A DNA stretch of 64,000 nt from Auanema rhodensis. Lineage: Eukaryota > Animalia > Nematoda. Shown in pieces: positions 1 through 12,300 of the stretch. Within the stretch, counting starts at the first letter, position 1. Every line of letters begins with the position of its first letter. The notes under the pieces are model-generated. The model was given only the letters and a program-made list of their open reading frames with translations. It searched no databases and was not told where the DNA came from. Position numbers and translations under genes: made by a program. The stretch lies in the NCBI GenBank assembly GCA_964057225.1, contig OZ059894.1, positions 9,672,001 through 9,736,000 of the forward strand, given 5' to 3'.

Positions 1-208
1 TGAATATCGTACGGATTATACATATAAGTCTTAGGATTACAATTCGTTTTTAAAACAATAATATCGCGGATTATAATCACATTTACATGAAACGAAATGT
101 TTTTTTATTATTATTATTTTTATCTTTGATGAATTTATTAATGGAGCGAAATAAGAAAAAAAGAAGGTTTAATTATATATATTAAGCTAATTATGCCAAA
201 ATACATAC

Positions 209-336
209 CTTTTTGTTTTTGAGCCAACGAATTTCTGGTGTTGGTTCTCCTTGGATTTCTGCTGATAACTTGATCTTTTTTCCTTTAATACAGATTGTGT
301 CTAATGGAGCATTAGTTATTGATGGTTTAATAGCAG
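209..336 (-). CDS. ttn-1: Exon, Ig N-half (last exon in window; gene continues below position 1)
   Basis: [22 protein letters not shown]; AAG|GTATGT donor at 208. Confidence 0.88.
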
Positions 337-3300
337 CTTAAACATATAATTTATATTTATTTCTAATAATTAATCATTTTTACCTTGTTTATCATTACAT
401 TGAATGGCGTCAGAACTTCCAGATGTTTGACTCTGTCCAGCAGAATTCTTAGCAGTTACACGGAAAATATATTCAACTCCACTCTTCAAATTTGGAACAG
501 TATATGATGTTGCATTGATGCCTTCTTTGGTTATAATAGTCCATGGTCTTTTGGATTTAGCCTAAGCATTTCAGTTGGAGAAGTCTCATTAATCATACAG
601 TAGTACCTCTTTCATTTCTACGATGTAGCTGATAACAGGACTGTCGGAAGCTTTCCATTCCAAGGTAATTGAATCTTTTGTGCTTGACTTGCATGTAGGT
701 ACTCCGGGAAGAAGAGCACCTTCTCCGGAAACTGAAGCTTTTTCTTTAAAATTTAAAATATTAACACATATTTAGTAGATTAGATTATACCTATTTGAGA
801 TTTCATTTCTATTGCCTTTTCAGTAGTTAACGGCTTGCCTGTACCCAGAGCATTTTCAGCAGCAACTCGGAACATATAGGAAGATCCAGTGGCCAAATTA
901 TCTGAAGATGAAGAAGAATGTTAAATAAATTAAATTTTAATATAGAATATTACCGATGTTATATGATGTATCAGTTGTTCGTTGAACAAATGCCCATGTA
1001 TTTTTCTTGGCATCCTTCTTATCCACGCAATATCCCAAAACATCATTAGCAGAAGTAGGTGGTTTCCAGTTCAGTTTGCAAGATGTTGGAGTAGTTTGAG
1101 TAACTTCTAATGGACCAGTAGGGGCTCCAGGGGGTCCTAGAACCAGGTTGCACGTTAATACACAACATATATAGTTATCAATACCTTTGATGACAAGTTC
1201 AACAGAAGCTGAATCGCCACCTGATTCATTATTAGCTGTCAGAACATAGATTCCAGCGTGATGTGGTTCAGTCTTTTTAATTCGAAGCAGAGCTGTTCCA
1301 TTACTTGATGTTATAGCAATATTGTTGTCAGCCTAATATTAAATAAAATGAAAAAAAGGAAAAAACCTAAGTTTAAATCACAGCTAAACCGTGTGAAAAT
1401 AAAAAAAAAAAGTAAAATGATAATGTTTAAGTGAACAAAAATGTTTACGTGACGTCTTATGACGCACATTGACCTAATTAGCATATTCTTTGTATTATGC
1501 TAATTTGACACGTGACTCTCAAAATGCCGTAGATTTATAATAAATGTTTGAAAAATAATTTAAATTTAAGAAACAATGAAAATTACCTCTACTACTTTTC
1601 CTTCTTTAGTCCAAACACATTTGGGTAATGGTGATCCAGATACGCTTACATATAACTTGGCTTCGTCTCCAGCTTTAACTTTGATAACTTTTTCCTCAGC
1701 AGATGCAGATGGTTTTCCTGTAAATTCAAAATTCATGTTTTTCTAATACTCAAAATTCCAATCACCTTCAACAGCAAGTTCAATGCTTACTGTTGCTTCT
1801 TCGCCTGCTTTGTTCTTTACATGACATTTGTATGTTCCTGATGATAAATTATCAATGGCTTTGATGATTAATGCACTTTGATTGGCATCATTCTTGACGT
1901 TGAATTCGGCATCAACAGATTGATCATTCTTTGTCCAAGTGAACTTCAGATCATCTCCTTCAGCTTCAGCTACAAGTTCTGCTTTCTCTCCAACTTTTCC
2001 CATAACTTTTGCATTTTTAGCTTTGATTTTCAGCATTTTAGTTGAGGCATCAGTTTTTTCTTGATCGCCAGCGGCTACTTTTTTCTTCTTAACGACTTTC
2101 TTAGCTGGTGTTTTAGTAGCGGAATCAGATTCTGAAAAATATAAAAAGTAAATTTGAAAATCTTTAATATATATCTTACTAGAATCTTGTTGAGCCGTTT
2201 GATCCGTCTTCTTTGCAGCCTTCTTTTCGATTTTTTCGTCACCAGTCAATGAATCTTGAGTTTGGTCCTTCTTTGAAGATTTTTCGGCGGACACTCCAAC
2301 GTCATCCATATGGATAGCAATCGTAACGGGATCGGTTACTTCACTTGGTTTTGAGATAGCATGGATTCCGGAAGCAGTTACACGATAAATGTATTTTCCT
2401 GACTTTTCGATAGAACAGTCATTGAAAAATTCACGATCAACATTTGTCAGCTCGAGCCATTCTCCTGAGTCGAGCTCACGACGTTCGATTGTGAACAAGC
2501 TGGTTTCAGGCGTTCGAGTCCATGACAAATGAACTTTTGTGCCTTCAACACGAACGCTTGGCTTTTCTGGGCGTTCAAGCCTGGCAATTATTGGCGTGAT
2601 TGTATCAGATCTCTCGGATATCGATAAGTCTTCTTGTTCAGTTAGCACATCAACTGCGACACTAGGCTCAGATTCTCCGACATCGTTAACTGCCAGAATT
2701 CTGAAGCCATAAACTTGATCAGAGAACAAATCAGTTGCTTCGAATGTTAATTGTTGAGCTCTTGTCTTTCCGACAGGTCTCCAGCGATTGTTATCGACAG
2801 CCTTGCGTTCGATAACATAACCACTGATCGGAGATCCATTGTTTTCTTCAGGAGCACTCCAATACAGAACGGTGGAGTTAGTTGTAGTGCTCTCGTATCC
2901 GAGATCCAATGGTGCTGATGGAACATCAATAATAGAGAGATTGATCTCCTTAATGACGGATCCTGATTCGTTTTCGGCAACAATTCGAATAATTCCGGAA
3001 TCAGAGCGGGTCAGGTTTTTCATGCGTACACTGACACTATCATCGTATGTTTCGATGGCAGCGCGGCTCTTAATAGGTACAGCATTATGTGTTACATGCA
3101 CAGAAGGAGCTGGATGTCCAATGAATTCAACATGGAAATCTAGTTCTTTACCAGCGTGCATGACAACTTCCTTATCCAAATTTTCAGCAATATTGACAAT
3201 AGGACTAACTTTCAGCTTTAACTTAGCTGGAGCTGAATTCTCGCTGTCATTAAGAGAGCAGTAGTACTCTCCTTCATCATGCTTATCAATATTTTTGATT

Positions 3301-6300
3301 TCCAATGTAGCTTGATTATCATTTACTTCCATAATAGCTTTTCCCATTTGTGGCCAGACTTCTTGTCCATTCTTATACCAACGTACTCGACGAACTGGCT
3401 TGGATGTTTGACAGGTAAAGACAGTATTTCCTTCGAAAGCAGTGATAACAACATCCTGAGGTCCAACAAGAATACAAGCTTCTTCTTCTGAAAAAATATA
3501 TATTTAAATATTGAAGCGATGACTAAATTATACCTTTAATGAGCACTTTTCCTTCTGTTCTGCTCTTTCCATCGATAGTCTCACATCGATAGTTACCCTT
3601 ATCAGCAGAGGAGGCATTCTTGATGCGAAGAGATCTCTTACATCCTAATGTGAAGAATTCGATTCTATCACTTGGAGCAAGTCTCTTTCCATCCTTGTAC
3701 CAGATAACTACAGCTTCTTCATCTGACAATGTGCAACTAAGTTCGAAATCTCCTCCTTCATTGACTTCAGTCATTTCAGAGAATGATGACTCAAAATGAG
3801 CTCGAACAGCTGAATAAGATTTAAAATTTGAAAAAAATAATAATAAAATGCGATTACTTGAGACTACAATAGTTGCTTCCGATTTGGAATGACCATATTT
3901 ATTTCGGACATGACAGGTGTATGTACCTCCATCGGATTCATCCGTCTTATGAATTGTTAACAAACTGCGATATCCTTCGCTTACAATCTGAAAAATTGAA
4001 CAACGTCAGAATTCATTCATTCTCATTCATTAACAGACCTCAGTATTCTCATCAGCTGGAATCAATTCAACACCATCCTTATACCAAATGTATTCTGGAG
4101 CTGGTTCACCCAGAGCGTGGCATTCTAAGCGAAGCTCACGTTTCTTTGCTACAGTATAATCTTTGATAGCCTTGATGATAGTTGGAGCAACATTAGCTAG
4201 AATATTCAAAATATTCAAAATATCATTTTAGAGAGAAAAAAAACCTGTGACTTTAACAGGAAGAGATTCTTCAGAGTATTCGCCTGTTCCATTCATATTT
4301 CGAGCGGCTACTTTGAAAACGTAGGAAACACCTTCTTTGAGGCCATCAATATGACATTTTGGATTAGTACATTCAACCTAAAAAGAAAAAATTATTTAAT
4401 AAACAATGGAAATTACTAACCTGAATCCAAACAGATGATCCTTCTGACTTGTATTGAACGGTATAGTGTACAGGAAGAACATCAACAACTGGATCCCATT
4501 CCATGGTAACCTTATCAACACCAGTGATTGTTATACGTGGAGTACATGGAATAACAGTTGGTACACCTCCAGATGGTAAAACCGTTAGTGGATGACTGCC
4601 TGGAGAATTAGAAGAACGAAGACCAGCTTCATTTGTTGCTTCAATCTTGAAAACAATTGGAATTTCTGTTTTTAAGTCAGTAACATGGTAACGATCAGTG
4701 AATACAAGCTCATCATTCAACTGAAACAAATGTTTAAGAAAAAGATTGAAACATGTGTATACCTTGATCCAATCGTTATTACCCTCTTTCTTGTATACAT
4801 CATATCCATAGATTGGTGATCCACCATCCATAACAGGCTTATACCATTGAAGGTTACATGAGTTTCCAATTGTATCAACAACTTCAGGTGGACAATTGAT
4901 AATAGGAGAAGAATATGGTGTACCAGTTGTAATCTAAATGTATAAATTAAAGATTCAAGTTTGAAATTTTTTGTTTTAAGTTTAAAAGTTTTTTTTAGTG
5001 ATTTACAGTTTTTTTTATAATCTTACCGGCTTTGTTTCAACAAATTCTCCGATTCCATACTTATTTATAGCAGCAATACGGAATATATAGCATGTATCAA
5101 TATCCAAATCATCAATCGTAGTTGATCTCTTAGCTCCAGATGTTTGAGCAACTTTATGGAATGTACGTCGACCTTGCTCTTTCTTTTCAACCAAATATGC
5201 AGTAATGATTTCTCCTCCATTGTTAGTTGGTGGTTTCCATTCAATTGTCACATTATCGGTTTGAACATCACTGATAGAAATATCAGCAGGAGCATCAGGC
5301 ACATCTATTAAGAATATAATATAATATATTTTATTATTATAACTAATAATATTATATATTTTTAATTTTAAATAAATTATAATAATCAATGTATATAACA
5401 TTGAGCATAAATCTAAATAAAGCTTCAAAACAAATATGCATGAAGCATTAACTATATCATATAAATTTAAAAAAATGTAATGTACATACCTTTTACTACA
5501 ACGTCGAATATTTCCGTTATTTCTCCAAAATCATTCGTCAACTTGAAAATGTATTCTCCAGCATCAGCCTTGGTTACTTGACGCTTACAGAACTTAATAT
5601 GATTATTTGAAACATCAAATTGAGTTCTGATATCTGTATCCAATTGTTTTCCATTCAATGTACATGTAACATTAGGTTCTGGCCGACTTTCAATTGTCAT
5701 ATTGATAGTAAGATTATCATCTCGTTCTACTTCAATTGATTTCTTATCCTTATCCTTTATTACTGGCTTTCCATGAATTTCGACGTGTGTATGTGATTCA
5801 GCTCCATCAGCTACGACAGTGTAACGTCCAGCATCTCCGTATTTAGATTTACGGATAGTAAGTGAGCAATTAGCACCAACAGTGTCTATGGTGTAATGCG
5901 CAGTAATCTCGGAAAGCTCTAATCCATCTTTGAACCATCGGACGCAGTGAGCGGGATGGTTCAGATGAACTGTTAATGTGATATCTTCACCTTCATTGCC
6001 AGAAGTCTTACGAGGAAGTCGTTCCAAGATTACACTAGGTGATTCCTCAACTCGAAGTTTAGACAAAGCTACATGTTCGTTTAACCGAACTTGTACCTCA
6101 GCCCCAGTATCATCAAGTTTACAATGAGAAATATGAAGAATGCGAAGATAGCCAATAGTTTCCGTTCGACATCTAGCACTTTCAGTCGATGGCTTACCCT
6201 TAAAGAACCACTCAACTTCATCGTACTCATTCATCAATTCACAAACAACAGGTACAGTTTCTCCACGAAGAGCAAGAATTTCAGCTAAAGGAACAGATGC

Positions 6301-9300
6301 AAATCCTTCTTGACGATTACGTCTACGAGAAAGAGTTCTAGCTTCGTCAAAGATGGAAACTCCGGATGGTAAATTTGGATCTTCTTCATCATCACTTTCT
6401 TCGACTTCACGTTTTCTTGCAATAGGTCTTCTCTTGATCTTCTTCTTAGGTGTCAATTCTCCGGAAATTTTGCGAGCAGGAAGAGCATCGTCAGATAGAA
6501 GATGTCTGTCACTGATTCTCTCATGATGTACTTCCTCTTCAAGCATATATGGCCGTCTAGGTATGTTGCGATACGCCTCATGATCCGCTGAAGTTTCATG
6601 GTATTTAGCTGTGGTGACAGATGACCCTTCAAAGCTTTCCGTTCGCTCTTTCTTAGCTGTCATTTTCCTGGTTCTTAGTGATGAGCTGACATCAGTAGTA
6701 TCTTGCGTGGTGGGTAGTCTTTTTGATGCGGAACTACGATCAGTGCCAGCATCAGATTCTGACACATCGCTTTTGCTTTCGATGTCAGATTTAAGAATAT
6801 CAGTTTTCTTTTTGATGGTAGTCTTCCTGGTCTTTGTTGGCACGCTGGATGCTTTATCTCCACCTTCTTGTTTGTGCTTAACGCTTTCAGCAGCAGATTT
6901 CTTACTTTTAGTTTTCCTGCTGTCAGAGGTCTCCGATTCAGTTGAAGTTTTCTGTTCCTTTTCATCTTCAGTCTTTTCCTGCGTTAATGATGTTATATCC
7001 GTTTCCTTGATATAATCAGGGTCAACCTTCTCTTTCACTTCCCCTATCTGTTCTTCGCTCTTCTCAGGTTCTGTCTTCTTCTCAATATAAGCCTTCTTTG
7101 GTTCAGCTGCAGCATTCTTTGGTTCAGCTTCAGCCTTCTCTGGTTTAGCTTCAATAGTCTTCTCAGTTTCAGCCTTGCTCTCAGCTACAGTCTCCACTTT
7201 CTTCTTTTTTGGTTTAGTTTCTGACTTTGCTCCAACCTTCTTCTCAGATTCTGTGTGAATGTTTTTATCAGCTTCAGCGGTCTTCTCAGCTTCAGAAGTC
7301 TTCTCAGCTTCAGCCTTCTTTTCAGTTTCAGACTTCTTCTCAACTTCAATCTCCCTTGGTTTAGCTTCAACCTTCTGTTTTGCTCCAGTTTCAGATTCAG
7401 CTTTCTGTTTCTTCTCAAGTTTGCTCTTCTTCTCGAGTTTGGTCTTTTTCTCATCTGCAGACTTCTTCTCAGCTTCAGCCATTTGTTTCTTCTCGAGTTC
7501 GGCCTTCTTCTCTGCATCAGCCTTCTTCTCCACTTTAGCCTCCTTCTCCGTTTCAGCCTTCTGCTTTTTCTCGAGTTCAGCCTTCTTCTCAGCTTCAGCC
7601 TTCTGTTTCTTCTCGAGTTCAGCCTTCTTCTCAGCTTCAGCCTTCTTTTCAGCTTCAGCCTTCTTCTCAGTTTCAGCCTTCTGCTTATTCTCGAGTTCAG
7701 CCTTTTTCTCAGCTTCAGCCTTCTGTTTCTTCTCGAGTTGAGCCTTCTTTTCAGCTTCAGCCTTCTTCTCAGTTTCAGCCTTCTGTTTCTTCTCGAGTTC
7801 AGCCTTCTTCTCAGCTTCAGCCTTCTGTGTCTTCTCGAGTTCAGCCTTCTTCTCAGCTTCAGCCTTCTGTTTCTTCTCGAGTTCAGCCTTCTTCTCAGCT
7901 TCAGTCTTCTGTTTCTTCTCGAGTTCAGCCTTCTTCTCAGCTTCAGCCTTCTGTTTCTTCTCGAGTTCAGCCTTCTTCTCAGCTTCAGCCTTCTGTTTCT
8001 TCTCGAGTTCAGCCTTCTTCTCAGCTTCAGCCTTCTTCTCAGCTTCAGCCTTCTTCTCAGCTTCAGCCTTCTTCTCAGCTTCAGCCTTCTTCTCGAGTTC
8101 AGCCTTCTTCTCAGCTTCAGCCTTCTTCTCAGCTTCAGCCTTCTTCTCAGCTTCAGCCTTCTTCTCAGCTTCAGCCTTCTTCTCAGCTTCAGCCTTTTGT
8201 TTCTTCTCGAGTTCAGCCTTCTTCTCAGCTTCAGCCTTTTTCTCAGCTTCAGCCTTTTGTTTCTTCTCGAGTTCAGCCTTTTGTTTCTTTTCGAGTTCAG
8301 CCTTCTTCTCAGCTTCAGCCTTTTTCTCAGCTTCAGCCTTCTGTTTCTTCTCGAGTTCAGCCTTCTTCTCAGCTTCAGCCTTCTTCTCGAGTTCAGCCTT
8401 CTTCTCAGCTTCAGCCTTCTTCTCGAGTTCAGCCTTCTTTTCAGCTTCAGCCTTCTGTTTCTTCTCGAGTTCAGCCTTCTTCTCAGCTTCAGCCTTCTTC
8501 TCAGCTTCAGCCTTCTTCTCAGCTTCAGCCTTCTTCTCAGCTTCAGCCTTCTGTTTCTTCTCGAGTTCAGCCTTCTTCTCGAGTTCAGCCTTCTTCTCAG
8601 CTTCAGCCTTCTTCTCGAGTTCAGCCTTCTTCTCAGCTTCAGCCTTCTTCTCAGCTTCAGCCTTCTTCTCAGCTTCAGCCTTCTTCTCAGCTTCAGCCTT
8701 CTTCTCAGCTTCAGCCTTCTTCTCGAGTTCAGCCTTCTTCTCAGCTTCAGCCTTCTTCTCAGCTTCAGCCTTCTTCTCAGCTTCAGCCTTTTGTTTCTTC
8801 TCGAGTTCAGCCTTCTTCTCAGCTTCAGCCTTTTTCTCAGCTTCAGCCTTTTGTTTCTTCTCGAGTTCAGCCTTTTGTTTCTTCTCGAGTTCAGCCTTTT
8901 GTTTCTTTTCGAGTTCAGCCTTCTTCTCAGCTTCAGCCTTTTTCTCAGCTTCAGCCTTCTGTTTCTTCTCGAGTTCAGCCTTCTTCTCAGCCTCAGCCTT
9001 CTTCTCAGCCTCAGCCTTCTTCTCAGCTTCTGCTTTCTGTTTTTTCTCGACTTCAGCCTTCTTCTCAGCCTCAGCCTTCTTCTCAGCTTCAGCCTTCTGT
9101 TTCTTCTCGAGTTCAGCCTTCTTTTCAGCTTCAGCCTTCTTCTCAGTTTCAGCCTTCTGCTTATTCTCGAGTTCAGCCTTTTTCTCAGCTTCAGCCTTCT
9201 GTTTCTTCTCGAGTTGAGCCTTCTTCTCAGCTTCAGCCTTTTTCTCAGCTTCAGCCTTCTGTTTCTTCTCGGGTTCAGCCTTCTTCTCGGTCTCAGTTTT

Positions 9301-12300
9301 CTTTTCCGCTTCAGCTTGCTGCTTGTTGTCAGCTTCATTATCAGCTTCCGGTGTAAGTTTCTGTTTCTTCTCGATTTTAATTTTTTTCTCCGTTTCAGTG
9401 TCCAGTTTGTTTTCGATATCGTCATCGACTTCTTTTTTACCTGTAGGTGGCAATCCAGTTCGATCTCTACTTTGGCTTCTTCTTCGTGTATCGTCCACTT
9501 TCAGATCTGGAGTTTGAGAACGTCGTTTAAATGAAAATTGAGCCGATGCGTTGTCTTTAGTTGAACCAGCACTGTCTACTTTCATAGTAATGCTGGCTGA
9601 GATGGGTTGTTTAATTGGTGATGCAATTTCAGCGCTACCTTCTCGTGCAGTGATTTGAGTTGTGATGTTAGTCTCAGAGTGAAGAGTGCTAGGATCTCCA
9701 AAGCGTGAACTAATTTCATCAGGAATGAAAAGTGGTTTAGGAATATTTTTCTTCTTCTTTCCTTCCTCCGCAGGTGATGCTTCTCTTCTTACTGGTTCGG
9801 TCTTGGCTGTGTGTTTCTCATCATGTGTCTTCTTGCTATCTTGATCTTTAGTTTTCAAGCTCTTCTTCTTTGATTCCGCTTCAGCTTCAGATTTCTTTTC
9901 AGATTCAGCTTTCTGTTTCTTCTCGAGTTCAGCCTTTTTCTTAGAGTCAACTTTTTGTTTCTTTTCAGCTTCAGCCTTCTTCTCAGCTTCAGATTTGATC
10001 TCAGCTTCAGCCTTCTTCTCAGCTTCAGATTTGATCTCAGCTTCAGCCTTCTTCTCAGCTTCAGATTTGATCTCAGCTTCAGCCTTCTTCTCAGCTTCAG
10101 ATTTGATCTCAGCTTCAGCCTTCTTCTCAGCTTCAGATTTGATCTCAGCTTCAGCCTTCTTCTCAGCTTCAGATTTGATCTCAGCTTCAGCCTTCTTCTC
10201 AGCTTCAGATTTGTTCTCAGCTTCAGACTTCTTCTCAGCTTCAGTCTTCTTCGATTTAGCTTCAACCTTCTTCTTCGCTTCAGCTTCAGCCTCAGCCTTT
10301 TTCTTTGTTTCCGTTTCAGCTTCAGCTTTCTTCTTTGCTTCAGTTTCAGGTTCAACCTTTTTCTCAGCTTCAGGCTTCTTTGGTTCAGCTTCAGTCTTAT
10401 TCTCAGCTTCAACCTTCTTCTCAACTTCTGCCTTCTTCTTTGATTCAGCTTCAGCCTTCTTTTCAGCTTCAGCCTTTTTCTCAGCTTCAACCTTCTTCTC
10501 AGCTTCAGGCTTCTTTGGTTCAGCTTCAGTCTTATTCTCAGCTCCAGTGGTCTTCTCAGATTCAGCCTTCTCATCAGCTTTAACCTTTTTCTTAGCTTCT
10601 GTCTTCTTCTTTGGTTCAGCATCAGCCTTTTTCTCAGTTTCAGCCTTCTTTGGTTCAGCTTCAGCCTTCTTTGGTTCAGCTTCAGCCTTCTTTGGTTCAG
10701 CTTCAGTCTTCTTCTCAGCTCCAGTGGTCTTTTCAGCTTCAGCTTTCTTCTCAGCTTCAGCCTTCTCTTCAGCTTCAACCTTTTTCTTAGCTTCTGTCTT
10801 CTTCTTTGGTTCAGCTTCAGCCTTCTTTGGTTCAGCTTCAGCCTTCTTTGATTCAGCTTCAGCCTTCTTTGGTTCAGCTTCAGCCTTCTTTGGTTCAGAT
10901 TCAGCCTTCTTTGGTTCAGCTTCAGTCTTCTTCTCAGCTCCGGTGGTCTTCTCAGCTTCAGCCTTCTTCTCAGCTTCAGCCTTCTTATCAGCTTCAGCCT
11001 TCTTATCAGCTTCAACCTTCTTCTCAATTTTCGCCTTCTTTTTCGGTTCAGCATCAGCCTTTTTCTCGACTTCCTCCTTCTTCTCTGGTTCAGCTTCAGC
11101 TTTCTTTTCTGGTTCAAACTCTGCCATAGTCTCGGCTTCAACGGATTTTTTCGTTTTCTTCACAGATTTCTTGGACGGTTTTTTTGTTAGTTCTGCCTCT
11201 GTAAGTTCTCTGGTCTCATCCTCAGCCGGAATAGCAACTGTGTCGTCTTCTGTAGATTTGTCGTTTGAAGATATTTCCTGTTCTTCTGGTTTTTTCAGCT
11301 TTTTTAATGATTTCTTTTCTATGTCTTCTGAAAAAGTGAGATATTCATCTAAAAAAACTAAACTACTAAGTTAGGTAAAGTGAGCTGTGGTTTGCGTATT
11401 CTAACTATATGTGAAACGTGATACATGGACAGACGTATAACAAAGACAACACACCTTTGGACGAAAACACACATAAATCTGAAAAGCACCACGCTTCTCC
11501 AGCTTCATTTACTGCTTGACAAGCGTACTCAGCCTGTTCTTTCCTCTTGATATCTTTCAAGATAAGATAATGTTGACTAAGTGGTTGTCCAATTTCGTGG
11601 CGAATTTCAACCTTACAAAAATAGTTTAATATGGAATAATTATGATATGTTTTACATGTTTATCGTCCTGAGATATGAGTCGACCATCTTGGTAGAATCG
11701 AACTTCTGGATCTGGTGTACCATGAGTGGTTACAACCATTACTACATTTTCTCCTTCGATCACATCATGATCAGAGAGAATTTTATCAAATCGTGGTGGA
11801 ATAAGTTGTGTTAAACGTGGTTCGGTAGGATTAGTTCGTTCAATAACCTATAATTAAGTATTATGATTATATATTTAGTTAATATAAACAGACTCGTCGA
11901 ATTCTTCGTCTTCGTTTAGGTTTCATTCCACCGTCTTCTTCGTCAGATGACTGCTCTGCTTTCGCCTTTCTTGACTTCTTGACAAGTCGTCGGCGACGAT
12001 ATCGTTCACTATCGTTGTACTCTGAATATGTTATGAAAATAAATAATTTATAATAATATGTAATATTACCATCGCAATCAACATTAATTTCAAAGTTGCA
12101 ACTGTCGACTCCTCCAATATTTTCAACCAGAAGACTATAATCATCATCGTCAGTAAATGCGCAATTGGGAATAGTAACTTCGAAGTTTCCATCTAAAATA
12201 ATAAATTATATGAATTAATTTATAATTTATAGTTTACCTGATGAATAATTAAGGTTATACTTTGAAGATGGATTACCCATATCAACTTCTTTCCCATTTT

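Noticed and set aside
6-82. Imperfect direct repeat tatcg(ta)cggattata...cat in the intron at the window start
   Set aside because: Two short copies at the window edge; too little to call an element.
5305-5428. Hydrophobic N-terminal extension of ORF 5015..5428 resembling a transmembrane segment
   Set aside because: AT-rich intron read-through upstream of the 5305 acceptor.
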